Source: an uncultured Spirochaetota bacterium (GTDB lineage Bacteria; Spirochaetota; Spirochaetia; SZUA-6; Fen-1364). From it: a stretch of 64,000 nt of DNA. A model generated the notes under the pieces. It searched no databases, was not told the DNA's origin, and saw nothing but the letters and a program-made list of their open reading frames with translations. Below, piece after piece: positions 39,515 through 49,508 of the stretch. Within the stretch, counting starts at the first letter, position 1. Each line of letters begins with the position of its first letter. The stretch is taken from assembly GCA_963734545.1 (NCBI GenBank), contig CAVTHO010000007.1, positions 96,001 to 160,000 of the forward strand, in the 5' to 3' direction. A program made the translations under genes and the position numbers.

Positions 39515-40636
39515 ATGAAACGAACACTACTGGCAGCATTGATTGGTGTGTTTGCGTCCGTCGTCACCGTCCTGTCCGCGGCGCCCCTTCCGTCCGAGAT
39601 CAAGATCGGCGCGGTGGAGACCCTCACGGGTGACAACGCCGCTTATGGGCTCTCGATCCGCAGCGCTCTCGAGCTGGCAGCGGCCGAAGTGAACGGCACG
39701 CGGTTCCTCGGAGGGACACGGATCAGCCTCGTCGTGATGGACGACAAGGCGGACAAGCAGGAAGGCATCAGCGTCTTCACGCGGCTGATCAACGAGGAGA
39801 AGGTCTCCGCCATCATCGGCCCCACGCTCAGCAGCACGGCCTTTGCGGCGGACCCTGTCGCGCAGAAGGCGGGTGTGCCGGTGCTGGGAACGAGCAACAC
39901 GGCGACCGGCATCACGGCCATGGGCAACTTCGTATTCCGGGACAGCCTGCTGCAATCGGGCGTCATCCCGGGCACCCTGGCAGCCGTCAAGGCGAAGTTC
40001 CATCCTCAGAAGGCGGCCCTGCTCTACGAAGCCACTAATGAGTTCAGCAAGAGCGAGGCGGACGTTTTCAAGGCCGCGCTGAACAAGCTCGGCATCCAGC
40101 TCGTCGCTACGGAAAGCTACAGTAAGGGTGATTCCGACTTCCGCACCCAGCTCAGCAAGCTCAATGCGCGCAAGCCCGATATCCTGGTCCTGAGCTCCCT
40201 GGTCGGCGAGGCCATCCCCATCCTCCAGCAGGCGCGGGAGATCGGCATCACCCAGCCCATCGTCGGGGGCAACGGGTTCAACAGCCCCAACGTGCTCAAG
40301 AACGCTGCCGCGGCGGCGGAGGGGCTGATCGTCGGCTCCGCGTGGTTCATCGACAGCACCGCGCCGAAGAGCAGGTCATTCGTCATGGCGTACCGGGAAA
40401 AGTACGGGTCGGACCCGGACCAGTTCGCGGCGCAGGCCTATGACGGCTTTTACATCATGGCCACCGCGATCAAGAGCGCCGGCTCCGCCGACCGCGCCGC
40501 CATTCGGGACGCGCTGGCAGGGATCCGCAATCTCGACGGGGCCCTCGGCACCTTCTCCTTCGACGAGAACCGTGACCCGGTGCATCCGAGCGTCACGCTC
40601 GTGGTCAAGGACGGACATTTCGTCCTGTTCCAGTAG
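39515..40636 (+). CDS. livK: Branched-chain amino acid ABC transporter substrate-binding protein
   Basis: IKIGAVETLTG, IIGP, DFRTQL, AQAYDG, G-FSFD. Confidence 0.85.
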   Translation: MKRTLLAALIGVFASVVTVLSAAPLPSEIKIGAVETLTGDNAAYGLSIRSALELAAAEVNGTRFLGGTRISLVVMDDKADKQEGISVFTRLINEEKVSAIIGPTLSSTAFAADPVAQKAGVPVLGTSNTATGITAMGNFVFRDSLLQSGVIPGTLAAVKAKFHPQKAALLYEATNEFSKSEADVFKAALNKLGIQLVATESYSKGDSDFRTQLSKLNARKPDILVLSSLVGEAIPILQQAREIGITQPIVGGNGFNSPNVLKNAAAAAEGLIVGSAWFIDSTAPKSRSFVMAYREKYGSDPDQFAAQAYDGFYIMATAIKSAGSADRAAIRDALAGIRNLDGALGTFSFDENRDPVHPSVTLVVKDGHFVLFQ

Positions 40637-40648
40637 AGCCGCACCGGC

Positions 40649-41575
40649 GTGGACCTGACGCTCCTCGCCGACCCCGTCTTTTTTGCCCAGAATCTCGTGG
40701 ACGGCGCGTCCCGCGGCGCGCTCTACGCCGTGTACGCCATGGGTTTCACGCTGATCTTCGGGGTCCTGGACATCATCAACCTGGCGCACGCGGCAACCTT
40801 CATGTGGTGCGCCTTCGCGGGGTGGTTCGTCATGGCGCAGCTCGGCCTTCCCCTGCCCATCGGGCTCGCCGCCTCGATGCTGGCCGGCGCGGCCATCGCC
40901 CTCCTGCTCGAGCTCCTGGCCTTCAGACCCCTGCGGCGGACAGGCTCGGACCGGCTGGCCAGCATGATCAGCAGCATCGGCGCGTCCCTCATCATGGTGA
41001 GCATCGCCGAGGCGCTGTTCGGCGTGAGCACCCGCCGGTTCCCCGACCATGTTCTCGATCCCCGCCCGTTTTTCATCGGCGGAGCCGGCGGTCTGCGGGT
41101 GAGCCGCGCGCAGATCCTCATCGTCGTCGCCGCGGTCGTCCTGGCCGCCGCGCTCGGCTTCTTCATCCGGCGGACGCGCATGGGCAAGGCCATCAGGGCA
41201 ATCGCGGCCAACCTGAAGGCGTCGCGCCTCCTGGGGATCAACGTGGATGCGGTCGTTTCGGTCACATTCCTGGTCGCAGGGGCGCTTGCCGGAGCGGCGG
41301 GCATCCTCGTGGGACTCCTCACGAACAACATCGTCCCCGGCATGGGCGCGCAGATCGAGCTTCGCGGGCTTGCCGTCGTCATCCTGGGCGGCATGGGCAA
41401 CATCGAAGGGGCCGTGGCCGGCGGCCTGATCCTGGGCCTCATCGAGACATTCACCATCGCCTATCTCCCGGGGGGAAGCGACATCAAGGATGCCATCGCC
41501 TTTGTCATTCTCTTTCTCATTCTTCTGGTGCGGCCCAACGGCCTCCTGGGCCGCGCCGCGTCCGACCGGGCATGA
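40649..41575 (+). CDS. livH: Branched-chain amino acid ABC permease
   Basis: GFTLIFGVLDIINLAH, TRMGKAIRA, VILGGMGN, LLVRPNGLLG. Confidence 0.9.
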   Translation: MDLTLLADPVFFAQNLVDGASRGALYAVYAMGFTLIFGVLDIINLAHAATFMWCAFAGWFVMAQLGLPLPIGLAASMLAGAAIALLLELLAFRPLRRTGSDRLASMISSIGASLIMVSIAEALFGVSTRRFPDHVLDPRPFFIGGAGGLRVSRAQILIVVAAVVLAAALGFFIRRTRMGKAIRAIAANLKASRLLGINVDAVVSVTFLVAGALAGAAGILVGLLTNNIVPGMGAQIELRGLAVVILGGMGNIEGAVAGGLILGLIETFTIAYLPGGSDIKDAIAFVILFLILLVRPNGLLGRAASDRA

Positions 41576-43368
41576 TGCGCAGGGATTTCGCACGTCTTCT
41601 CCTGCCCTGGTCCATCGGTGCCGCAGTCGTCTGCGTGGATGCGGTGCTCGTCGCGCGCAACCCGGGTGACCTGGACCGGCTCCTGATCAACGCCATCCTC
41701 GCGTTCAGCGCATTCGTCACCCTGCACGCGCGGCTTCTCTCCCTTGCGAACGCCGGCTTCATGGCCATCGGCGCGTACGCCTCGGCCATCCTCGCCGTCA
41801 AGGCGGGCCTGCCTCTCATCCTCTCGATACCCGCGGCCGTCCTCGTCTGCGGTCTCGTTGCCCTTGTCATCGGCCTGCCGGTGCTGCGGCTGACGGACGT
41901 GTACCTCGCCATCTGCACCCTCGGGTTCGGCGAGGTGGTGCGCATCCTCATCGTGCTCCTTCCCGATCTCACGGGCGGCCCCACGGGGGCGAACCTCTCC
42001 ACGGGTTTTCCCTACGAGGTGATGCACCAGACGCAGACCTGGATGATCTTCCTGCTGCTGGCGCTCCTGAGCTATCTCTTCTGGTCGCTGTCTCCGTCAC
42101 GGACGGGCCGGGCCTTCCGCGCCCTGCGCGGGAACCCGCGGGCAGCGTCCTCCCTTGGCATCGACATCGTGGCCTACCGGAATCTGGCCTTCCTCATGAG
42201 CGCCCTGATCGCCGGCGCCGCCGGGGCGTTCTACGCTCACAGCGTGGGATCGCTGGAAAATGGCGACTTCAGGTTCACGCGCGCGGTGGACATCCTCAGC
42301 TTCGCCGTTCTGGGCGGCGCCGGTCAGTGGTTCGGGCCCCTGCTCGGGGCGGGGTTGTTGACCGCGCTGCCCATTCTCCTCCGCGACGCCCTGGGGGCCT
42401 CCATCGGCTTCCTGAAGGGTTTTGCCCAGCTTCCGAACATCCTGTCCGGCGTTGCCATTCTCCTGGTCATCATTTTCCTGCCCGGCGGGCTGGCCGCTGC
42501 TTTCAGTCCGGCATCGGGGCGCCGCCGGTCGAGGCATGCCTTCGTCTCCTTGCCCGAGCCCCGGGGCCGGGCCTTCCCGGGCCTTGCGGCGCAGGGATCG
42601 CCGGCGGTGAACCCCCTCCTGAGTCTTGACGGCGTCACCCGCTCTTTCGGGGGCCTGGAAGCCCTCAGCGGCGTGAGCTTCGATGTCGAGGAAGGGCGGA
42701 TCTACGGGCTCATCGGCCCGAACGGGTCAGGAAAGACGACGCTCGTCAATCTCGTTTCGGGGCTGGACTCACCCAGCGCGGGCCGCATCGTCTGGCAGGG
42801 CAGGGAGATCCAGCGGCGTCCTGCCCACCTGATCGCGCGCGCGGCAATCGGGCGCACCTATCAGAACATCCAGCTCTTTGCGGAGATGACCGTGCGGGAG
42901 AATGTCCATGTCGGGCGCCACGCCCACATCAGCACCGACCTTCTGAGCACCTGGCTCCGTCTTCCCCGTGAAGCCCGGGAGGAGGGGACATCGCTCGCAG
43001 CGTCCATGGAGCTTCTCGACCGGCTCGGCCTGGCCGATCTGGCCGAACGGAGAGCGGGCACATTGTCCTACGGCGACCAGCGCCGGGTCGAGATCGCCCG
43101 GGCCCTGGCCCTTCGCCCGCGTCTCCTTCTGCTGGACGAGCCGGCGGCCGGAATGAACGAGGTGGAGACCGCGGGTCTCGGCAGGCTCGTTCTCGAGCTG
43201 AAAAACGCGGGGCTCACCTTGATCGTGGTCGAGCATCACATGGACCTGATCATGGAGGTCTGCGATCAGATCGTTGTGCTCAATTTCGGCAGGAAGATCG
43301 CTCAGGGGTCTCCCGCCGAGGTCATGAGGGACCCGCTGGTGCTCGAAGCGTACCTGGGGAGGGATTGA
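41572..43368 (+). CDS. livM: Fused branched-chain amino acid permease/ATPase (LivM-LivG)
   Basis: YLAICTLGFGE permease motif; GPNGSGKT, LSYGDQRRVEIARAL, LLLDEP. Confidence 0.88.
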   Translation: MMRRDFARLLLPWSIGAAVVCVDAVLVARNPGDLDRLLINAILAFSAFVTLHARLLSLANAGFMAIGAYASAILAVKAGLPLILSIPAAVLVCGLVALVIGLPVLRLTDVYLAICTLGFGEVVRILIVLLPDLTGGPTGANLSTGFPYEVMHQTQTWMIFLLLALLSYLFWSLSPSRTGRAFRALRGNPRAASSLGIDIVAYRNLAFLMSALIAGAAGAFYAHSVGSLENGDFRFTRAVDILSFAVLGGAGQWFGPLLGAGLLTALPILLRDALGASIGFLKGFAQLPNILSGVAILLVIIFLPGGLAAAFSPASGRRRSRHAFVSLPEPRGRAFPGLAAQGSPAVNPLLSLDGVTRSFGGLEALSGVSFDVEEGRIYGLIGPNGSGKTTLVNLVSGLDSPSAGRIVWQGREIQRRPAHLIARAAIGRTYQNIQLFAEMTVRENVHVGRHAHISTDLLSTWLRLPREAREEGTSLAASMELLDRLGLADLAERRAGTLSYGDQRRVEIARALALRPRLLLLDEPAAGMNEVETAGLGRLVLELKNAGLTLIVVEHHMDLIMEVCDQIVVLNFGRKIAQGSPAEVMRDPLVLEAYLGRD

Positions 43369-44084
43369 GCGTGTCCCTGCTCGAGGTAAGGGACCTGCAG
43401 GTCCTCTATGGCGGCATCCAGGCGGTGCGCGGCTTTTCCTTCACGCTGGAGGAAGGACGGATCGTTGCGCTCATCGGCGCGAACGGCGCCGGCAAGAGCT
43501 CGACGCTTCTCGCGCTGAGCGGCCTGGTGCGCGCATCGGGGGGAAGCGTGCGTTTCCGCGGAGAGGAGCTCCTCGGCCGGCGGCCGGACAGGATCGTGCG
43601 CGCCGGGCTCGTTCAGGTGCCTGAAGGGAGAGCGATCCTCGGTCCCCTGAGCGTGCAGGAAAACCTCGAGCTGGGCGCATGGACCCGGCGCGGGGAGCCT
43701 TCCATCCGCACGGACCTCGAGCGGGTGTACGGGCTTTTCCCCAGCCTCGCCGCGCGCCGACGGCAGGCTGCCGGCAGCCTGAGCGGGGGCGAGCAGCAGA
43801 TGCTGGCAATAGGCCGCGCGCTCATGAGCGGCCCCCGGCTTCTCCTTCTCGATGAGCCGAGCATGGGCCTGGCTCCCCTCCTGGTTGCCTCCCTCTTCGC
43901 CATCATCGAGGAAATCAACAGATCCGGCACCTCCGTTCTGCTCGTCGAGCAGAACGCGCGCCAGGCGTTGCGCATCTCCCACCGCGCCCTCGTCCTCTCC
44001 CATGGCCGGCTGTTCCGGGAAGGGCCCAGCGCGAGCCTGCTGGCTGATCGCGACATCATCGAGGCATTCCTGGGCAAAGAGTAG
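43365..44084 (+). CDS. livF: Branched-chain amino acid ABC ATPase
   Basis: GANGAGKS, VPEGR, LSGGEQQM, LLVEQN. Confidence 0.92.
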   Translation: MSVSLLEVRDLQVLYGGIQAVRGFSFTLEEGRIVALIGANGAGKSSTLLALSGLVRASGGSVRFRGEELLGRRPDRIVRAGLVQVPEGRAILGPLSVQENLELGAWTRRGEPSIRTDLERVYGLFPSLAARRRQAAGSLSGGEQQMLAIGRALMSGPRLLLLDEPSMGLAPLLVASLFAIIEEINRSGTSVLLVEQNARQALRISHRALVLSHGRLFREGPSASLLADRDIIEAFLGKE

Positions 44085-45173
44085 ATGCGCACGCGCTGCC
44101 GGGCGTATCCTTGGATCATGTCCTCCCTCGTTGCCATGGCCGCCGCGAGTGTTCTCTTTCTTTCCGGCTGCGTAACCCAGCTCGGATACCTGGCAAAGCA
44201 GGGGGAGTACCTCTGGCGCTACAGCTCCGGCACGCAGCCCGTGCAGGCGCTGCTGCGGTCTTCCGCCACTGCGCCGGACACGCGGGACTTCCTGCTGCGC
44301 GTGAGCGAGATCAAGAGTTTTGCGGTCCGGGAGGTGGGGCTCAAAAACAATGAGAACTACACGCGGTACAGGGAGATGGACCGGGATCATCTTGTCGACG
44401 TGGTGTCCGCGTGCGACGCGCTCTCCTTCACCCCGTATCTGTGGGGCTACCCTTTCCTCGGCAAGCTCCCCTACAAGGGATTCTACGAGCGGGCCGACGC
44501 GGAGGCGGAAGCGGCGCGCCTGAAGAAAGAAGGGTACGACGTCATCATCCGTCCCGTGGATGCCTTCAGTACCCTCGGTTTCACGAAAGACCCGCTGTAC
44601 TCCTTCATGAAGAAATACCCGCCCTACCAGCTCGCTTCCCTGATCATTCACGAGCAGACTCACGCCACGCTGTTTCTCAACGGCCAGCCGCAGTTCAACG
44701 AGGAGCTCGCCACCTTCGTGGGCGAGGAAGGCGCCTTCGAGTGGCTGCGGGCCAGGTACGGCGAGGACTCCGACGAGTATCGGGCGGCGGTGGCAGAGGA
44801 CGAGGACTCGCAGGTTTTCATTTCCCTTTTACAAGATCTGGCCCGTGAGCTGGAGGGTGTGTACGGCGGATCGGACACGCGGCCGGAAAAGCTCGCGCGC
44901 AAGGTGGAGATCATTGAAGATTTCAAGAAGCGGTTTTCAGAGGACCTGGCCTCCCGTTTTCACTCCCGGGCCTACAAGGGCCTCGGGACCCTGCACGTGA
45001 ACAACGCCTATCTTGCTCTCTACCGGCTCTATTCGGACGACATCCCGCTCCTGCGGGCGTACTGGGCGCTCCGCTGCGGCGGTGACCTGAGCAGGTTCAT
45101 GAAGGCGGCGAAATACCTGGCCGGACGCGGAGACGTGAAGGCCCTGATGCGACAGGGGCTTACCGGCGCGTGA
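44085..45173 (+). CDS. Putative aminopeptidase (zincin), probable lipoprotein
   Basis: LSG-C, PYKGFY, AFSTLG, IIHEQTH...FNEELA, NNAYL. Confidence 0.8.
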   Translation: MRTRCRAYPWIMSSLVAMAAASVLFLSGCVTQLGYLAKQGEYLWRYSSGTQPVQALLRSSATAPDTRDFLLRVSEIKSFAVREVGLKNNENYTRYREMDRDHLVDVVSACDALSFTPYLWGYPFLGKLPYKGFYERADAEAEAARLKKEGYDVIIRPVDAFSTLGFTKDPLYSFMKKYPPYQLASLIIHEQTHATLFLNGQPQFNEELATFVGEEGAFEWLRARYGEDSDEYRAAVAEDEDSQVFISLLQDLARELEGVYGGSDTRPEKLARKVEIIEDFKKRFSEDLASRFHSRAYKGLGTLHVNNAYLALYRLYSDDIPLLRAYWALRCGGDLSRFMKAAKYLAGRGDVKALMRQGLTGA

Positions 45174-46605
45174 CGGGGTCGGCGGACGAGACTTTCTGCG
45201 GCAGCGCGAAGAACTCCTCCGCGTTGTTGAAGCAGATGTCCCGCACCATCCCCCCGAGCAGGCTGAAGTCCGAAGGAATCTCGCCCCGCTGCACGCCAAG
45301 ACCCAGCATTTCGCAGAGGATCCGGCGGAAGTATTCGTGACGGGGGAACGAGAGAAAGCTGCGAGAATCAGTGACCATGCCCACGAACCGGGCGAGCAGC
45401 CCCATGTCGGCAAGGACCTTCATCTGCTCTTCCATCCCGTGGCGCTGGTCGTTGAACCACCACGCGGGGCCGAACTGCATCCTGCCCCGGACGTTCTCCT
45501 TCGGGAATCCGCCGATCATCGCGGCAAGCACCTGATTGTGCGCGGGATTCAGGCAGAAGAGAATCGTCTTGGGTAGCAGCCCTTCGGAATCCAGTCGATC
45601 CAGGTATCGGGCCAGCGGCCGCGCAATGGGAAGATCCCCGATAGTGTCGTATCCCGTGTTGGGCCCCTGCGCGCTGAAGGCGCGCGAATTGATGTCCCGC
45701 AGCGCCCCGATGTGAAGCTGTTGCACCCAGTTCCGTCTTGCATTCATCCGGGCCAGCTCGATCATGAGCGCGGACTTGAATGCGCGCGCTTCCGGAGCGG
45801 CCACCGCTTTGCCGGCCCGCGCGGACTGGAAAATCCGATCCGCCTCCTCGTCCGAGCACTCGTCCGCGTACGGCTCCTCCCACGCGTGGTCGGACGCCCG
45901 GCAGCCGTTTGCGTGAAAGTATTCGTGCCGTTTCCGCAGCGCCTCCAGAAAATCCCGCCACCCGCGTATTTCCACGCCCGCTGCCCCGCCGAGCTTCGCC
46001 ACCCACGCATTGAATGCCGCTGGATTGTCCACCGCCATGGCCGGATCGGGCCGGAACGTAGGCACCACGGTGACGGGAAACGAGGGGTCCTCTCGGAGGG
46101 CCGCGTGGTGCTCCAGAGAGTCGACGGGATCATCAGTCGTGGCAAGGATCTTGACATTCATCATGGTGAGCAGGGGGCGCACACGATACGCTTCACCTGA
46201 AAGAAGCGAGGAACATCTGTCGTAGATTGCCTGGCCCGTGTCGGGGCCCAGCAGCTCACGCGAGACATCGAAGTAGCGCGCCAGCTCCAGATGCGTCCAG
46301 TGATAGAGCGGGTTTCCGATCGTGGAGGGCACAATGGCTGCCCATGCCATGAACTTTTCCCTGTCAGGGGCATCTCCCGTGATCAGCCTCTCCGCCGCGC
46401 CGCTGGCCCGCAGGGCGCGCCACTTGTAGTGGTCTCCCCCCAGCCATGCCTCGGTGAGATTGCGAAAAGGCCTGTTTTCCGCGATGTCCTTCACCGGGAG
46501 GTGGCAGTGGAAATCGTGGATGGGCATTCGGGCCGCGTGGTCGTGATACAGACGTCGCGCGGTCCGGGTGGTGAGCAGGAAATTCTCGTGAATGAATTTT
46601 GACAT
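45160..46605 (-). CDS. uxaC: Glucuronate (uronate) isomerase
   Basis: IHDFHCHL, GDHYKWRA, GNPLYHWTHLEL, AWWFND, TDSRSFLSFPRHEYFRRILC. Confidence 0.95.
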   Translation of the reverse strand: MSKFIHENFLLTTRTARRLYHDHAARMPIHDFHCHLPVKDIAENRPFRNLTEAWLGGDHYKWRALRASGAAERLITGDAPDREKFMAWAAIVPSTIGNPLYHWTHLELARYFDVSRELLGPDTGQAIYDRCSSLLSGEAYRVRPLLTMMNVKILATTDDPVDSLEHHAALREDPSFPVTVVPTFRPDPAMAVDNPAAFNAWVAKLGGAAGVEIRGWRDFLEALRKRHEYFHANGCRASDHAWEEPYADECSDEEADRIFQSARAGKAVAAPEARAFKSALMIELARMNARRNWVQQLHIGALRDINSRAFSAQGPNTGYDTIGDLPIARPLARYLDRLDSEGLLPKTILFCLNPAHNQVLAAMIGGFPKENVRGRMQFGPAWWFNDQRHGMEEQMKVLADMGLLARFVGMVTDSRSFLSFPRHEYFRRILCEMLGLGVQRGEIPSDFSLLGGMVRDICFNNAEEFFALPQKVSSADPVTRR

Positions 46606-46644
46606 CACTGTTCCTTTCGGACGCCGGTCGCTCCCGGCGACATT

Positions 46645-47616
46645 TCAATATCCCGCTTTGGCGATGTTCTCCGCAACGAAACGCGCCGAGGCGAGGAGGC
46701 TCTCCTCTTCTCCAGGGGGAAGCCTGTAGTCCAGCACCTGGGACGCTCCGTCCCTTCCGACGATCGTGGGGAAGCTGAACGCGGTCTTCTTGATGCCCCT
46801 GAAGTCGACGTGCACGGTGGACACGGGAAGGATGCGTCTCTCGTCGCGCACGATGGATTCCACGATCAGCGACGCGGCCTGGGCGATTGCATAACAGGTG
46901 GAGCCCTTGGCCTCGATGATCTTGTAGGCTGTCTTGCGGATCTCTTCGGCCGCGTTGCGCTTGAAGTCGGGCAGGTCCTCGCACGCCCCGCAGACGGGGC
47001 AGAACTCGTCGAGGTGGATTCCGCCGATGGTGAGAAGCGACCACGCGGGAAACGAGGTGTCCCCGTGCTCGCCCAGCACGTACCCGTGGATATTCTTTGG
47101 ATTCACGCGGCAGCGGCGGGCGACGAACTCCCTCAGCCGCGCGGAGTCCAGCGTGGTGCCGCTGCCGATCACGCGCGAGGCGGGGAATCCGCTCTCCTTG
47201 AAGGTGACCCAGGTGAGGACGTCCACCGGATTGGTGATGAGAAGGAAGATGCCCTGGAAACCCGCCTCGGTCACCGAATGCACGATGCTTTTCACGATCC
47301 CCGCGTTGCGCTCCAGGAGATCCACGCGCGTCTCCCCCGGTCGCTGCCGGGCTCCCGCCGTGATGATGGTGATGCCGCAGTCGCGGCAGGCCGCGTACTC
47401 GGTGGACTCGATCTTTACCGGTCTTCCCAGGGACGCGCCTTGCTTGATGTCGAGGATCTCCGCCTCGGCCTTCTCCCGGTTGGAGTCTATGAGCGCGATC
47501 TCGGTCACCGCGCCCTTGAGAGCGAGGTTGTAGGCCAGCGTGGCGCCGACCGATCCGGCGCCGATGATCGCCACTTTGCTGCTTTTCAGTTCCATCTTCT
47601 CTGCCTTTTCCTTCAT
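46645..47616 (-). CDS. ldh: L-lactate dehydrogenase
   Basis: GAGSVG, ITAGARQRPGETR, NPVD, GTTLDSARLR, GEHGD, KGSTCYAI. Confidence 0.9.
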   Translation of the reverse strand: MKEKAEKMELKSSKVAIIGAGSVGATLAYNLALKGAVTEIALIDSNREKAEAEILDIKQGASLGRPVKIESTEYAACRDCGITIITAGARQRPGETRVDLLERNAGIVKSIVHSVTEAGFQGIFLLITNPVDVLTWVTFKESGFPASRVIGSGTTLDSARLREFVARRCRVNPKNIHGYVLGEHGDTSFPAWSLLTIGGIHLDEFCPVCGACEDLPDFKRNAAEEIRKTAYKIIEAKGSTCYAIAQAASLIVESIVRDERRILPVSTVHVDFRGIKKTAFSFPTIVGRDGASQVLDYRLPPGEEESLLASARFVAENIAKAGY

Positions 47617-47617
47617 C

Positions 47618-48616
47618 CTACCACGCGTACGCCTTGGGCGCCTCTCCGCCGGGCCCGGGCCATATCTCGTCGAGCTTTGCGCGTGCCTGCGCGTCGAGGA
47701 CGAGGTCGGTTGCGCGCACGGCACTCTCGAGCTGTTCCACTGTACGGGGCCCTATGATGGGTGCCGTGACCGCGGGATTTGAAAGAAGCCAGGCAAGAGC
47801 CACCTCGGATGGAGCCGCGCCCAGCTCCCGGCAGAATGCCTCATATGCGGTGAGCGCCTTCCGATGCTTCTCCACCTGCTTTGCCAGGCTCTCTTCCGCC
47901 CTGCGTCCCGCTTTCGCCTTTTCCAGGGCTCCCCCCAGGAGTCCGCCCGCGAGCGGGCTCCAGGGGATGAGGCCCAGACCATAGTGCCGGCACGCGGGAA
48001 TGACTTCAAGCTCGAGCAGCCTGTTGCTCAGATTGTAGATGCTCTGCTCGCTCGCCAATCCCTGCATGTTCCTGCGAGAGGCCTCCTGGCATGCCGTCGC
48101 GATGTCCCACCCGGCGAAGTTGCTGGAGCCCACGTATGCGATTTTCCCCTGCTTCACCAGCGCGTCGAAGGCGCTCCAGATCTCATCCCACGGGCATTCG
48201 CGGTCGATGTGGTGCATCTGGTAGAGGTCGAGGCAGTCTGTCTGCAGTCTCTTCAGGCTCCCCTCACAGTGCCGCCGGATTTTCACCGCGGACAGATTGC
48301 GGCCATCCCTGTTCGGCTCAGGGGGGGCTCCCGGATTGTCGACCGGATTGAATACCTTGGTGGCAAGAACGATGCTCTCCCGCCTCGCGCCTCCCTGCGC
48401 AAGCCAGCGGCCGATTATTTCCTCGGTGTGCCCCCTGCGCACGGTCCACCCGTAGGTGTCCGCCGTATCGAAGAAATTGATGCCCAGCTCCAGCGCCCTG
48501 TCCATGATCGCGAAGCTGTCCTTCTCGCTGGTCTGCCAGCCGAGATTCATCGTGCCAAGGCAGATATTGCTCACGAGAGCGCCGTGTTTTCCGAGCCTGC
48601 GATGAGAAATAGCCAT
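47618..48616 (-). CDS. Aldo/keto reductase
   Basis: CLGTM, FFDTADTY, LATK, DLYQMH, WSPLAGGLL, IIGPRT. Confidence 0.92.
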   Translation of the reverse strand: MAISHRRLGKHGALVSNICLGTMNLGWQTSEKDSFAIMDRALELGINFFDTADTYGWTVRRGHTEEIIGRWLAQGGARRESIVLATKVFNPVDNPGAPPEPNRDGRNLSAVKIRRHCEGSLKRLQTDCLDLYQMHHIDRECPWDEIWSAFDALVKQGKIAYVGSSNFAGWDIATACQEASRRNMQGLASEQSIYNLSNRLLELEVIPACRHYGLGLIPWSPLAGGLLGGALEKAKAGRRAEESLAKQVEKHRKALTAYEAFCRELGAAPSEVALAWLLSNPAVTAPIIGPRTVEQLESAVRATDLVLDAQARAKLDEIWPGPGGEAPKAYAW

Positions 48617-48642
48617 GCGTCCTCCTGTTGTTCGACGCTAAT

Positions 48643-48745
48643 ATACTGACAAATGCGGATCTCAGCCTCTCCAATCAGGGAAGCCCGGCCCTTGACCTGT
48701 TTGTCAGTATTGGACATGATCGCTGCGTTGTCCAGGTTTGAGACC
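48643..48745. promoter_or_regulatory. Divergent promoter region with an inverted repeat and 9-bp-periodic direct repeats
   Basis: ATACTGACAAA (48643-53) / TTTGTCAGTAT (48700-10); TTGACC-17nt-CATGAT; TTGACC-TGT-TTGTCA-GTA-TTGGAC. Confidence 0.5.
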
Positions 48746-48762
48746 CTGGCGACACTCCATCT

Positions 48763-49503
48763 ATGCAGATCGACGTCAAGGAAGCAGCCCGTCTCCTCGG
48801 TGTTTCTGAAAAGACCATCTATCGATGGATCAAGCAGGGAGACCTGCCGACCTACAGGATCAATGACCTCTATCGATTCAATCGCGCGGAGCTCCTCGAA
48901 TGGGCCACTGCCCGGCGGGTGGGGGTATCACCCGACATATTCGATGACGGCGGCTCCGCATCGGACGCGCTGCCGGGGCTCGAGGAGGCCATAAAGGCCG
49001 GTGGAATCCACTACCGCGTGGCGGGCACAGCCAAGGAAGAAGTGCTTGCCGCCATCGTGGACCTCATGCATCTGCCGGAAGAGGTGGATCGCAAGTTCCT
49101 CCTCAGCGTCATCCTGGCCAGGGAATCACTCGGATCCACCGGCTTCGGCGGAGGAATCGCGATCCCTCACGTGCGCAATCCCATCGTGCTGCACATTCAG
49201 AGACCGATGATCACCCTTTGTTTCCTGGAGACTCCCGTCGAGTTTGGCGCCATCGATGGAAAGCCGGTGCACACCCTGTTCACCATGGTGAGCCCCACGG
49301 TCAGGGCGCATCTCCACCTGCTCTCCCGGCTCACCTACGGCCTTCGTCTCGGCGAGTTCCGCGGACCGGTGACTGAGCAGGCTTCGCGGGACGCGCTGCT
49401 GGCCGGCGCGCGTTTCGTCGACATTGCCGCCCGGCCCGCGCCGCCGAAGGCGGATTCCGCGCCGCGGTACCCCGCGGATTCCGCATCGCCGAAAGAGGTA
49501 TAG
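48763..49503 (+). CDS. HTH_17 (Xis/BldC-like) DNA-binding domain fused to a PTS EIIA (Ntr/Fru-type) domain
   Basis: VKEAARLLGVSEKTIYRWI...YRFNRAEL; RESLGSTGFGGGIAIPH, FGAIDGKPV, HLHLLSRL. Confidence 0.88.
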   Translation: MQIDVKEAARLLGVSEKTIYRWIKQGDLPTYRINDLYRFNRAELLEWATARRVGVSPDIFDDGGSASDALPGLEEAIKAGGIHYRVAGTAKEEVLAAIVDLMHLPEEVDRKFLLSVILARESLGSTGFGGGIAIPHVRNPIVLHIQRPMITLCFLETPVEFGAIDGKPVHTLFTMVSPTVRAHLHLLSRLTYGLRLGEFRGPVTEQASRDALLAGARFVDIAARPAPPKADSAPRYPADSASPKEV

Positions 49504-49508
49504 ACGAG

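Noticed and set aside
41572-43368. LivM-LivG fusion as a novelty
   Set aside because: A common architecture in branched-chain amino acid ABC systems.
46970-47005. CPVCGAC segment in LDH
   Set aside because: Similar Cys-rich loops occur in other bacterial LDHs, and the catalytic motifs are canonical.
48763-48920. Excisionase-like HTH as a sign of a prophage or integrative element
   Set aside because: It is fused to EIIA and heads a metabolic operon; no integrase or att context.
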